Positions 1-10,277 are shown, counted from the first letter of the stretch. The stretch: DNA of 32,000 nt from Candidatus Kuenenia stuttgartensis (GCF_900232105.1 NZ_LT934425.1:1980001-2012000), one strand, 5' to 3'. The notes: generated by a model from the letters alone, not told the origin. Translations and numbers: made by a program.

Positions 1-132
1 GCAGTCGGCGGTCTACAGTCGGCAATCAGCAATAAGCAGCCGGCAATCCTTTGTCCCCCGCTGGCGGGGGTGCAGTGGGTGGAAATTGTAGACTGTAGAT
101 TGCCGACTGTGGATTGTAAAAAGGACTCCTGT

Positions 133-693
133 ATGAGATATTTATTCATTGTAATTATATTTTTCACCTGTACTTTTTGCCCCTCCCTTTTATTTGCGTT
201 GCCAGCAGATGATGTTGTTCCTCTGGTGGACCAGGAGTACTATTTTCACGTACACAGGGCGATGAAAGACGCCAAAAACTCCATTTTTTGCGTTATGTAC
301 TCTGCAAACATCAACCCGAAATACCCGAAAAGCAAGGAATATCAACTGCTGGATGGGCTTGTCGACGCTCATAAACGAGGCGTAGCCGTAACGGTAATAT
401 TTGAAAAAAACATTGCCTTCTGGGAAAAAGGAGCCAAGGGCAAAACGGTGGAAAAAAAGAGTCCGAAGGCATACGAGTTTCTCAAAGAAAAGGGTGTTCC
501 TGTTTTTTACGACAGTGTTAAAAATATCACTCATAGCAAAATACTGGTTATCGATAATTACGTCACCATTCTTGGTAGTACAAACTGGACGTACAGCGCC
601 TTGAATAAAAACCACGAGGCCTCCGTCCTGATCAAGTCCAGGAGCGTAGCGGAGTCTTTTCTTGCGAAACTCAATAAGATCCCAAGGGATTAA
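133..693 (+). CDS. Secreted/periplasmic phospholipase D-like (PLD) domain protein; start placed at internal ATG 133 before a signal peptide
   Basis: MRYLFIVIIFFTCTFCPSLLFA signal peptide; HSKILVIDNYVTILGSTNWTYSALNKNHE matches the HxK(x)4D...GSxN PLD motif (single copy). Confidence 0.85.
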   Translation: MRYLFIVIIFFTCTFCPSLLFALPADDVVPLVDQEYYFHVHRAMKDAKNSIFCVMYSANINPKYPKSKEYQLLDGLVDAHKRGVAVTVIFEKNIAFWEKGAKGKTVEKKSPKAYEFLKEKGVPVFYDSVKNITHSKILVIDNYVTILGSTNWTYSALNKNHEASVLIKSRSVAESFLAKLNKIPRD

Positions 694-938
694 CCGAGAC
701 TGCTTATTGATCATAAATGGCGCTTGTTTAGAATTTCAAATCATTTTGTCATTAGAATTTGTTTCCTACTTCGTATTTCGAATTTCACGAGTATCTTATT
801 TCACCATTAAATATTTTGACAAAAATGCAAAGATATTACTGATAAGCACAAAGCCCTCCCCACTATGTTTCATTATTATCGACGGCAAATCTCTTTTTCA
901 TCGAAAACATTTTACAATAAAAGCGAATTGATAGTATA

Positions 939-3239
939 ATGACACGCATGGAAAATGTTACCCAATGGAACCTAATTTTTACCGGGCTTGAAGGTTTTGG
1001 CCTCCGTGCGATGGTGTTTATAATTGCAATAGCGATTCTCTTTTTTTCATGGTCGAGCATCAAAAATATCCGGCCTGTTTCCCGGCGCATACTCTTATTT
1101 TCTTTACGGCTGGCAGGAACCCTGCTGATAGTCCTTCTCCTTTTTCAACCACACCTGGAGCAAAAAGAGGTATTGAAGCTGAAAAATAAGGTGGTTTGCC
1201 TTCTCGATGCTTCGAAAAGCATGTCTCTTAAATGCGGAGATATTGCGGTTACCCGGGCACAGTTGCTTGATAATTTTTTTACGGAGAATGATGCTTTTTT
1301 CAAGGAACTGCAAAGTTCTTTTGACGTAAATTTCTTCACTTTTTCCGATATCCCAACGGAAACCTCCTATAAAGATATCAGGACGGGTATTACTCCAGAT
1401 GGAGAAGATACGGATTTTGCGCAAACTCTGAAATATTTACAACAACGTTACAAAGACGATAATGTGAAGGCTTTTTTCCTTTTTTCAGACGGGAAAGACA
1501 CGGTGGAACGCCCGGCGAATGTAAATGCCTCGGAGGTTATAGCAGGCATTGCAAGAGAATTTTCTTCCCCCTTTTTTACCTTTGCACCCGCAGAGAATAT
1601 GGAGGCAAGAGATGTTGCTTTAAGCAGCATTTCCTACAACACATTTACTTTTGCGCGAAACCCATGGAAGGTAGACGCCACGATAAAGGTGATGGGATAC
1701 AACAACCTGAAACTACCCGTTACGCTTAAAGAAGGGAGCGACATTATTTCTACAAAGGTTATCACTGCCAATGAAGAAGGTGAATACAACGTCACCCTCT
1801 CATTTACTCCATACAAAACAGGAACCTTTCTTTATACCGTATCGATTCCCGTTCAGCCGAAGGAAGCAATTACTGAAAATAATCAGGTAAGCTTTCTTGT
1901 TAAGATAGTGCGGGACAAGATCAGGGTAATGCATGTTTGCGGAAGGCCCTCATGGGACGAACGTTTTTTGAGACAAGCGCTGAAGAACGACCCGAACATT
2001 GACCTTGTTTCTTTTTTCATCCTGCGGACGCCGAATGATATTTCCAACGCAAGCAATGATGAACTCAGCCTTATTCCCTTCCCCGTGGACGAACTCTTCA
2101 CAGAGGTACTTAACAGTTTTGACCTGGTGATATTTCAAAACTTTGACTACCGCCCTTACGATTCCCCGATATACCGGTTTTCTTACTATTTAAGCAACAT
2201 TGAAACATTCGTAAAGGACCATGGCGGCGGCTTTCTCATGATGGGGGGGGACTTGTCTTTTACACAGGGAGGGTATGACGGCACCTCTATAGAAGAAATT
2301 CTGCCGGTTTACCTTACGTCCGGCAAAGACCTTACGGAAACAGCCGGATTACGCGCAGCTCTTACAGAAAACGGACAACGACACCCAGTGACAACCCTTG
2401 ATATAAATAACGACAGAAACCTCTCCATATGGGAAAATCTCCCGGAACTTGATGGCTGTAATATTACGACACAACCAAAGGCTGACGCTGTAGTATTGGC
2501 CACATATCCATCACAGGGAGAGCCTCCACTCATTGCTGTTCGCGATGTCGGGGAGGGAAGATGCATGGCTATTACCGCCGATTCCCTTTGGCGATGGAAT
2601 TTTCTATCAGTGGGGAGAGGGGGCAGCAACAGATATTATATGAAATTCTGGCAAAATACCATCAAATGGCTTATTAAAGACCCCCTGTTTAACCCAATTC
2701 ATATAACAATAAACAAGGACACGTTCCTTCCGCAGGAAGAAGTACAGGTAAATATAAAGGTTTTGGAAAAAAGCTACCAGCCATGGGAAGGGGTGCATTT
2801 GGAGATAGACGTCACAAACGAATTTACCGGTAAAAGCATTTTCATTAACAAAGGAATAACCGGGCGCGACGGACAATATACCTTTAATTTTAAATACGAA
2901 GAGGAAGGGTTTTATATTATCAAAACAATTGCAAAAAATGAGAGCGGGGAGATCGGGCAGGAACATACCGTGTTTAATATTATGAAAGCGGATAAAGAAT
3001 TTAAGGACACTTCGATCGAAAGGGAATTGCTTATGAAATTGGCGGAGGTTTCCGGGGGCAAATATTTCAATTTGCCCCAAAAGGATATCAGGGGAAAAAT
3101 TTCCATAGAAAATCCGCCCATTACGAAACTTGTCGGAAAAAAGCAAATCTCCCTCTGGGACAAGGGGTACGTTTTTGTGATTATTATATCAATCGTGTCC
3201 TTTGATTGGTGGATAAGAAAACGCAGCGGCCTAAGCTGA
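939..3239 (+). CDS. Large membrane-anchored VWA/glutamine-amidotransferase-like domain protein
   Basis: N-terminal TM helices, VCLLDASKSMSL (DxSxS MIDAS-like), GGFLMMGGDLSF amidotransferase-like segment, C-terminal TM; internal ATG at 948 also possible. Confidence 0.75.
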   Translation: MTRMENVTQWNLIFTGLEGFGLRAMVFIIAIAILFFSWSSIKNIRPVSRRILLFSLRLAGTLLIVLLLFQPHLEQKEVLKLKNKVVCLLDASKSMSLKCGDIAVTRAQLLDNFFTENDAFFKELQSSFDVNFFTFSDIPTETSYKDIRTGITPDGEDTDFAQTLKYLQQRYKDDNVKAFFLFSDGKDTVERPANVNASEVIAGIAREFSSPFFTFAPAENMEARDVALSSISYNTFTFARNPWKVDATIKVMGYNNLKLPVTLKEGSDIISTKVITANEEGEYNVTLSFTPYKTGTFLYTVSIPVQPKEAITENNQVSFLVKIVRDKIRVMHVCGRPSWDERFLRQALKNDPNIDLVSFFILRTPNDISNASNDELSLIPFPVDELFTEVLNSFDLVIFQNFDYRPYDSPIYRFSYYLSNIETFVKDHGGGFLMMGGDLSFTQGGYDGTSIEEILPVYLTSGKDLTETAGLRAALTENGQRHPVTTLDINNDRNLSIWENLPELDGCNITTQPKADAVVLATYPSQGEPPLIAVRDVGEGRCMAITADSLWRWNFLSVGRGGSNRYYMKFWQNTIKWLIKDPLFNPIHITINKDTFLPQEEVQVNIKVLEKSYQPWEGVHLEIDVTNEFTGKSIFINKGITGRDGQYTFNFKYEEEGFYIIKTIAKNESGEIGQEHTVFNIMKADKEFKDTSIERELLMKLAEVSGGKYFNLPQKDIRGKISIENPPITKLVGKKQISLWDKGYVFVIIISIVSFDWWIRKRSGLS

Positions 3240-3290
3240 ACTCCATGCATTTGCAGTAAATCCAGGACCAATAAGGGGTATGATGTGTAG

Positions 3291-3312
3291 TGGCAAGGGG
3301 CGTGCCTTGCCA
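3291..3312. repeat. Small perfect inverted repeat (TGGCAAGG-ggcgtg-CCTTGCCA), possible terminator/hairpin between two CDSs
   Basis: 8-bp stem, 6-nt loop read directly. Confidence 0.5.
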
Positions 3313-3438
3313 TTGCAGGATGGAAAATAGCATGATCCCTGTTTTTACGATCCTCGTTCCTACGCTCTGCATTCCGGTAATTTAATAAATTCCGCTGAAT
3401 AAATACGAGTATTCATAAAAATAAGAAAGGGAAAAAAT

Positions 3439-5979
3439 ATGAAAAAATGTATGTCTATGTTCGGAGGTTCTTTTTTATTTACCTTAATTATATGTACCCC
3501 TTTTGCCTTTGCTGCCGGCGTGGAAAAAGTAAATCTGGGCATATATGGCGCTCAGGTACAGGATATTACATCATATGATAATTCAGGCACAACGGAAATT
3601 CTTATTGGTATTGATAGCATCAAAGGGGTATACAAATGGAATACGAGTACTTCTTTTTCATGGGAAGCGGTCACTTATCCCGATATCACCGGCAAGTGTT
3701 CAGAGATTGAAGCAAACCTTGTATCCGGCTATGAAAATGATATTTATGCGATCATCAGCGACAGTACCGGCGCCTCACAAATATATGCAAGCGACAGCGG
3801 TGGCAGTTACGGAAGCTGGGTTAATATTGCAACCGTTATTCCTGCTCCAGGGGTATTAACTGCCCATAGTTCAGGCTTATACGCCGGCACTTATCAGGGG
3901 GATGTTTACAGAAATACCGGTGGAACCGGCAATCCGTTTACCTTGCTGTATTCTTTTGGCTCCGGTTCAGAAATCACCTCTCTTTCTGTCTATGATGCGG
4001 ATACTATGTTTGTTATGGTAAGAACCGGAGGCAGCATTGTAACGCCATATAAATTGGACGGTTCGCCTTTAATTGCAACTGCACTTACACTGCCATCAAG
4101 TCCTGCATCCGGTTCAGGTTCCGTTGCGGTTGAAATAATCGGCGTAGACCCTACAGACGTTAACACTATTTTCATCGCAGGCGGCTCAGCAAACCCTCAG
4201 GTTTATAAGACAACAACCGGGGACTCCCCCTGGACTTCTTCATGGGATTTTGAAAGTTCCGGCGCTGATAATTTTCCGGGAGGATTCCCTCAATATATTA
4301 GATTTAATAACAACCGTGTCTTTATCAGCGCTTCTGTATTGGACGGTGCATCAGGTTCATGGTCTCATGCGCCGATCCTTTCCTCAACGGTTGGTTCATA
4401 TACCGTTGATACCCATGTTAATGACGGGGCATTAGATATTAATCCCAATGATACAACCAACATTTACATGGCAACTGACTGGGCTATTGGAGAGCTTAAT
4501 TATAATTCAGGCACATGGACCGCCGTCTCGGAAGTTGGAAATAACAATGGCATAGAAGGGGTTGTCTTAAATGATATAGATTTCTATGAATACTCTTCCA
4601 CCCATAAAGAACTATGGATTGCCTCAAAAAGCGGCGTTGGCAGGGCAGTCAATTTCGACCCCACAGATTCCTTATCAACAGCAAGTTCTTCAGACTGGAT
4701 TTTTCCTATGTTTCCTGAGACTGACGGGCCTCCGGTAACGGAAGTAACCATAAATCCAAATGACCCCTCAATAGTATTCGTAGGTAATAATGCGGGAAGG
4801 GTTTATGTGACAACAACAGGCACATCCACTTCACCGGCATGGGCAAAGGTATTCCAGGCAGAAGATCATACCGGCGAGTTTGGTTCTACACGCCCGGAGC
4901 ATTCAAATATTACCGCAATTGGTTTTGTGCCTTCCGTCTGCAACAGGATATACATTGCAGGCACAAACTGGGAAACCGGAGCAAACGGGGGAATATTTTA
5001 TAGTGACGATGACGGCATTACCTGGACGGCCGATACCATAAACAGCACTGGCGCAACTATTGATTTTCCGGTAAATACACTTTGGGTAACTGACAGTGAA
5101 GTCTGGGCTGGAGTTGGCGGGGAAAACAGTGCGGAAACAGGACTTCGCTGGAGGCTTTCCGTATGCTTAACCAATAGTTTCTGGGAGCCATCTACCGGAA
5201 CAAATATTGATAATGAAGTTGTAACGTCCATAGACGGAACTACGATCTCCGGGGATGTAACAGTTTATATTGCAACAAAAGGGGGCGTTTACAAGGGAGA
5301 AAAACCTTCGGGCAGTTCTGCATGGACATGGCAAACGGTAACCCCTTCTTCCGCAACATCCACTGATTTCACCTCTGTTACGGTCAACCCTTCCGATGCT
5401 AACAATGCATATGCTGCAGTGGGTAATTGTATTTATGAAACCACAGACGGCGGCGTTACATGGACTATTTTTGGCTCGTCCTGCAGCGATTCACATGAAG
5501 ATGTTAACGTATTGATATTTGACGATATTCTGGCAGGTACGGCAATCGGATTGTTTTCTTACAGCAGTAACGATACAACTCCAACTCCAACACAAACGCC
5601 AACCCTTACCCCAGATATACCTGCCAGCCCTACTCCAAGAACAACACCCACACTTACGCCTACAACAACTCCAAAAGAAGAGTGCCAGGCTGATTCCATG
5701 CAGGTTTCATCTGATAAAACTTCATTATTTGTTGGAGAAGTCAAGGACGTATATGTAAAAATCACAGGAAATGACAACTGCCTTGTCGAAGGCGCCAGTA
5801 TTAAAGCAAAGGTGACAAAGGGCAAGCGGTTATTAAACCTGTCATCCAGGAAAGAAACTACTGATGCAAACGGAGAAGCTGTTTTTGCGATAACCGCCAA
5901 CAAAAGTGGCAAAGCAAAAGTTATGTTTAAGTCGAACAATCTGAAGAAAAAAATATCCGTAACAATAGAGGAAGATTAA
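3439..5979 (+). CDS. Secreted beta-propeller-like (BNR/sialidase-type repeat) protein with Thr/Pro-rich linker and C-terminal Ig-like (Big_1/invasin-like) domain
   Basis: Signal peptide; repeated YxSxDxGxTW-type elements (IFYSDDDGITWT, IYETTDGGVTWT); TPTPTQTPTLTP linker; C-terminal DSMQVSSDKTSLFVGEVKDVYVKITG...ANGEAVFAITANKSGKAKVMF. Confidence 0.75.
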   Translation: MKKCMSMFGGSFLFTLIICTPFAFAAGVEKVNLGIYGAQVQDITSYDNSGTTEILIGIDSIKGVYKWNTSTSFSWEAVTYPDITGKCSEIEANLVSGYENDIYAIISDSTGASQIYASDSGGSYGSWVNIATVIPAPGVLTAHSSGLYAGTYQGDVYRNTGGTGNPFTLLYSFGSGSEITSLSVYDADTMFVMVRTGGSIVTPYKLDGSPLIATALTLPSSPASGSGSVAVEIIGVDPTDVNTIFIAGGSANPQVYKTTTGDSPWTSSWDFESSGADNFPGGFPQYIRFNNNRVFISASVLDGASGSWSHAPILSSTVGSYTVDTHVNDGALDINPNDTTNIYMATDWAIGELNYNSGTWTAVSEVGNNNGIEGVVLNDIDFYEYSSTHKELWIASKSGVGRAVNFDPTDSLSTASSSDWIFPMFPETDGPPVTEVTINPNDPSIVFVGNNAGRVYVTTTGTSTSPAWAKVFQAEDHTGEFGSTRPEHSNITAIGFVPSVCNRIYIAGTNWETGANGGIFYSDDDGITWTADTINSTGATIDFPVNTLWVTDSEVWAGVGGENSAETGLRWRLSVCLTNSFWEPSTGTNIDNEVVTSIDGTTISGDVTVYIATKGGVYKGEKPSGSSAWTWQTVTPSSATSTDFTSVTVNPSDANNAYAAVGNCIYETTDGGVTWTIFGSSCSDSHEDVNVLIFDDILAGTAIGLFSYSSNDTTPTPTQTPTLTPDIPASPTPRTTPTLTPTTTPKEECQADSMQVSSDKTSLFVGEVKDVYVKITGNDNCLVEGASIKAKVTKGKRLLNLSSRKETTDANGEAVFAITANKSGKAKVMFKSNNLKKKISVTIEED

Positions 5980-5993
5980 CCACTCAAGTCAAA

Positions 5994-6014
5994 AGTGAAA
6001 GTGAGGCTTTCACT
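5994..6014. terminator. Hairpin just downstream of the BNR-like gene (AGTGAAAG-tgagg-CTTTCACT)
   Basis: 8-bp perfect stem, 5-nt loop, 15 nt after the stop codon; no strong T tract. Confidence 0.35.
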
Positions 6015-6233
6015 CTGGCTTTATCTCTCACTCCGAAGGGCTGCTACGTGGTTAAGAGCGTGTTTACTGCGAGGTTGCTTCGGAAAAAGACCCTCGCAAT
6101 GACATGCTGGATCCCTCGCAATGACAAGGTGGTTAAACTCTCTTTGGTCACGGCTTTGCCGCACTATATATTTAATGGCGAAATCCCCTATGTATGAATC
6201 CGAAGAGCAATTTAATGAAAGGTTTTTTGCAGC

Positions 6234-7442
6234 ATGCCGCCTGTATTAAAAATAGCGTTACGCGCCATATTAAGGAATAAATTACGCTCCTCACTTACAA
6301 TACTTGGTATCGTTATCGGAGTGGGGGCGGTAATTGTCATGGTAGGTATCGGACAGGGTGCGAAGGACTTGATTGAGAAACAAATAGAAAGCCTGGGCAC
6401 AAACGTACTCATTATTATCCCTGTCAGCACTTCTCACACCGCCGCCAGGGGAACGGAAGGAACCATTACCCTCACTGCGGAAGACGTAGCGGCAATAGCG
6501 AAGGAATGCCGGGAGGTAAGCCATGTATCGGCGAATTTACGAACGGCTTCCCAGGTGGTATATGGAAACCAAAACTGGTCAACAAGCATTGTAGGCATTC
6601 ACCCGGATTATCAGATTATACGGAACTGGGAGCTGGAGGCAGGCAGGTTTATCAGATCGCAGGACGTCAAGATAATGGCAAAGGTATGCGTATTGGGGCA
6701 AACGGTTGTCGTGAATTTATTCGGGTCTCTCGACCCGGTGGGCAGGTGGATACGCATTAACAATATCCCGTTCAAAGTAATTGGTGTATTAAAGGCGAAA
6801 GGGCAGTCTCCGATGGGTACAGACCAGGACGATACCGTGCTTATGCCGTATACCACCGTTCAGAGAAAGATTATGGGCGTTACACATGTTAGCGCTATCC
6901 TTGCTTCTTCGTATACCGCGACGGGACGTTTCAGGGCTATCGGGCAGATTACCGATCTGTTGCGAGAGCGCCACCGGCTGCGGGCTGGGGATGAAGATGA
7001 CTTCCGGATTATCAGCCAGGTCGAATATGCATCCACAATGACGGAAACCAGCCGCACAATGACCATACTGCTGGGGAGTATCGCGTCTGTTTCTTTAGTT
7101 GTGGGAGGTATCGGGATAATGAATATCATGCTTGTCTCCACCACCGAAAGAACGAGGGAAATAGGCATCAGGATGGCGGTTGGGGCGAAGGAAAGGGATA
7201 TCCTTCTTCAATTTCTGATAGAGGCGACAGTATTGAGTTCCATCGGCGGGATTATCGGCGTAATCTCCGGCATTGTCTTTTCAAATGCTATTTCACTTTA
7301 CGGTGGATGGCCTTCGATGCTCACCCCATTGCCAGTGGCAATAGCATTTCTCTTCTCCAATATAGTAGGTATATTTTTTGGATACTATCCCGCAAGAAAG
7401 GCGTCAAGGCTGAATCCTATTGAAGCGCTCAGGTACGAATAA
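6234..7442 (+). CDS. ABC transporter permease, MacB/FtsX family
   Basis: ALRAILRNKLRSSLTILGIVIGVGAVIVMVGIGQGA; C-terminal GIMNIMLVSTTERTREIGIRMAVGAKERDIL...YYPARKASRLNPIEALRYE. Confidence 0.93.
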   Translation: MPPVLKIALRAILRNKLRSSLTILGIVIGVGAVIVMVGIGQGAKDLIEKQIESLGTNVLIIIPVSTSHTAARGTEGTITLTAEDVAAIAKECREVSHVSANLRTASQVVYGNQNWSTSIVGIHPDYQIIRNWELEAGRFIRSQDVKIMAKVCVLGQTVVVNLFGSLDPVGRWIRINNIPFKVIGVLKAKGQSPMGTDQDDTVLMPYTTVQRKIMGVTHVSAILASSYTATGRFRAIGQITDLLRERHRLRAGDEDDFRIISQVEYASTMTETSRTMTILLGSIASVSLVVGGIGIMNIMLVSTTERTREIGIRMAVGAKERDILLQFLIEATVLSSIGGIIGVISGIVFSNAISLYGGWPSMLTPLPVAIAFLFSNIVGIFFGYYPARKASRLNPIEALRYE

Positions 7443-7649
7443 GAAATGTTACAAAATGTTCAACATTCAACTCTCAAATTGTCGCTCATGTGCATTTAAC
7501 ATTGAACATTGAACTAAGCCTGTATCCAAACCCCACACGAACAAACAACGTTTGTCCGTGCCACCCATGTTGCACAAAAATATGTATGACAATTTCCAAA
7601 AAACTAAAGTGCTACGCAAAAAGATATTTTTTGCTTATAATAGCCGTCT

Positions 7650-9668
7650 ATGAAAAAAGAGTTCCATTCAAAAGGCACATACGTAAGATTGTTATGCTAC
7701 CTGAAGCCATATTGGCGGAGGGTGATTGTCATTCTGCTGCTTTCAATAATCAGCGCTTTTGTTGCCGTGTTGCCTATTCAAATATTGGGGATAGCGGTTG
7801 ATGAAATAAGAATGGCGGACCGCCATGCTAATAGGAATGTAGAGACAACGCATGCGTTGTCTCTACCCGCACAAAAGGCAAACATGTCTGGCGATGAACC
7901 GGTTCTTAAAAAGAAATATTCCATTCCCGTTGCAAAACCGTTGCTGAAAATGTCAGGATATATTCATAACCATTGGTTCCTGGAGTATAATTACATTATG
8001 GTTACGCTCGTATTCCTTGCCTCGGGTTTTCTCGTGTTGCACGCAATAAGCAGTTGTATATCACTGGCGCATGGGTATATTACCTCGGAGCTTGGACAGC
8101 GGCTTGTGTATGACATGCGGAATCAGCTTTATGGCCATATCCAGCGATTCCCACTAAGTTATTTCGAAAATAACAAAACCGGCGACATTATGAGCAGAAT
8201 TATGAACGATGTGAATTCACTGGAACAGGCGATTGTGGGTCCGGTGATTACGTTCATTACCGATATGTTCAAATTCTTCTGGATTATTTATTTTTGCATG
8301 AAACTGGATTGGCAGCTTACCAGCATCGTTTTGTTTGTATGTCCTTTTATTTCACTCTGTACCTATAGTTTCGGGAAAAGAATCAGAAGGATTTTCCGCT
8401 CGTTACGCGAAAAGACGGGCGATCTTAATGCACTTATTCAGGACAATATATCCGGTATTCGTGTCATAGCGGGTTTCGCGAAAGAGACGGAAGAACTGGA
8501 ACGTTTTAAACACAAAAACTACGAGAACTACTTTCTTCACGTCCGCATTCTTAGGCTTGTGAATACCCTGCGGCCGGCGGTTGATTTAATAACGGAGACC
8601 GGCGCAGTGGCTGTTATCTGTCTGGGAGGATACAAGGTGCTGCAGGGGCAGCTTTCTGCGGGAACGTTTGTTATTTTCTTTCCCTACCTGCAAATGATGT
8701 ATGGTCCTATTACCGGGCTGACGCGGTTTTATAATCAGGTGCAGCGCGCTATTGCATCAACCGAACGTGTTTTTGAAGCGCTTGATACGCCCGTAGAATT
8801 GCAAGACGCTCCGGATGCCCTGCCATTGCCTGTGGTACAGGGATTTGTGGAATTCAAACATGTACACTTTATGTACGGGAAGGACAAAGAGGTGTTAACG
8901 GATATTAATATAACTGCATGCCCTGGCCAAATGATTGCCTTTGTAGGGCCTAGCGGGAGCGGAAAGACCACGCTGACCAAACTGCTGCCACGGTTTTATG
9001 ACCCGGTAAAGGGGGACATATTTATTGATGGGTATAATATAAAAAACGTCACCCTGCATTCTCTGCGAAAACAAATGGCGATGGTGCTTCAGGAAACCTT
9101 TCTTTTTAACGACACGGTAAGAACAAACATCGCTTACGCAAGATCGGACGCTTCGGATAAAGACGTTGAATATGCTGCGAAAGCTGCAAATGCGCACGAC
9201 TTTATCATGCAGCTCCCGAATGGTTACTATTCCATTATAGGAGAGCGTGGGGTAAAACTTTCAGGTGGACAGAAACAACGCATCGCAATCGCGCGGGCCA
9301 TCCTTGCAAATCCCAGAATACTGATCCTGGACGAAGCTACTTCCTCCGTAGATACGGAAACGGAACAGCTCATCCAGAATGCCATCTACCGGTTGATAAA
9401 AAACAGAACAACCTTTATTATTGCCCACAGATTATCAACGATTCTCCATGCAGACAGGATTGTTGTTTTGGAAAATGGAAGGATCGTCGAGGCAGGTCTT
9501 CATCAGGAACTTCTTGCGAATAATGGACTGTACAAAAAGCTCTTTGAGATGCAATTCGATACTCAGGAAAAAATAAAACCGAAACCAGAAACCGAAACCG
9601 GAGAAGACATGAAAAACCCCGAACCGGTCATAGATATAGAAGAACTCCGGCAAACCATGGAATGGTAG
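7650..9668 (+). CDS. ABC exporter, fused permease/ATP-binding protein (MsbA-like)
   Basis: Walker A GPSGSGKT, signature LSGGQ (VKLSGGQKQR), Walker B ILILDEATSSVD, H-loop IAHRLSTI, N-terminal six-TM domain. Confidence 0.95.
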   Translation: MKKEFHSKGTYVRLLCYLKPYWRRVIVILLLSIISAFVAVLPIQILGIAVDEIRMADRHANRNVETTHALSLPAQKANMSGDEPVLKKKYSIPVAKPLLKMSGYIHNHWFLEYNYIMVTLVFLASGFLVLHAISSCISLAHGYITSELGQRLVYDMRNQLYGHIQRFPLSYFENNKTGDIMSRIMNDVNSLEQAIVGPVITFITDMFKFFWIIYFCMKLDWQLTSIVLFVCPFISLCTYSFGKRIRRIFRSLREKTGDLNALIQDNISGIRVIAGFAKETEELERFKHKNYENYFLHVRILRLVNTLRPAVDLITETGAVAVICLGGYKVLQGQLSAGTFVIFFPYLQMMYGPITGLTRFYNQVQRAIASTERVFEALDTPVELQDAPDALPLPVVQGFVEFKHVHFMYGKDKEVLTDINITACPGQMIAFVGPSGSGKTTLTKLLPRFYDPVKGDIFIDGYNIKNVTLHSLRKQMAMVLQETFLFNDTVRTNIAYARSDASDKDVEYAAKAANAHDFIMQLPNGYYSIIGERGVKLSGGQKQRIAIARAILANPRILILDEATSSVDTETEQLIQNAIYRLIKNRTTFIIAHRLSTILHADRIVVLENGRIVEAGLHQELLANNGLYKKLFEMQFDTQEKIKPKPETETGEDMKNPEPVIDIEELRQTMEW

Positions 9669-9712
9669 AAAAAGAGTAACACTTTAGTTTTTTAAAAAAT
9701 GTATTACCTATA

Positions 9713-9903
9713 AGCTCCGTAGGAGCAGCCTGTTTGTAGCAAAATAGAATATTATAACAGATCGTAGAGACAGGTTTGAAACCTGTCTCTGCAATTAGGA
9801 GCGACCTGTCTCTTGTAAATCCATATTAAACAGGTCTGCCTGAATACGTACAGGCCGCTCCTACGGAGCTATTTACTCTATTGAATTTTATTGTGCTACA
9901 AAC
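9713..9903. repeat. Nested palindromic intergenic element (AGCTCCGTAGGAGC(A/G)GCCTGT terminal inverted repeats)
   Basis: 9713-9733 and 9850-9870 are inverted, 20/21 matching; internal perfect hairpin 9766-9790 (AGAGACAGGTT-tga-AACCTGTCTCT); outer partial IR GTTTGTAGC.../...GCTACAAAC ending at 9903. Confidence 0.8.
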
Positions 9904-10046
9904 AGACCGCCCCTAACGGGGCGACATGGTATTTTTTCTATACCGTGAATTTTTCAAAAAGCTGAAATGTTACGAAAAAGGGGATAAATCTTGCATACTT
10001 ACCAAATTTTTTAAAACAAACTGATTTTACTTTTACAACAGTAGTC

Positions 10047-10277
10047 ATGTTCGAATTAAAATAACAGCATATCGAAGCTATCAATCGTTGCTTTGCTGTA
10101 TATTCCAGAATTGAGCAAGTGGTTCTCTGTGGCTCCCGTGCTATAGGAAATTACAAGGATGGCTCTGATATTGATTTGACAATTTTGACTTTGAAAAATC
10201 GCAAATATCTAATATCTAGCAGGTTAGGTAGAACTATTTGTTATAGTCTTTTTTTGATAATCAGGTTTAAGAATTAA
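10047..10277 (+). pseudogene. MNT-type nucleotidyltransferase remnant, nonsense codon at codon 6 and unrelated C-terminus
   Basis: Translation MFELK*QHIEAINRCFAVYSRIEQVVLCGSRAIGNYKDGSDIDLTIL...: GSRAxGxxxxGSDIDL is the MNT/nucleotidyltransferase motif; TAA at 10062-10064. Confidence 0.7.

Noticed and set aside
190-714. 174-aa minus-strand ORF
   Set aside because: Fully antisense to the PLD gene, no recognisable motifs; shadow ORF.
2607-3146. 179-aa minus-strand ORF within the VWA gene
   Set aside because: Antisense overlap with a coherent domain protein and no family signature.
5580-5690. ACTCCAACTCCAACACAAACG-type short tandem repeat considered as a phase-variation tract
   Set aside because: Imperfect units encoding a Thr/Pro stalk; no uniform repeat that would slip.
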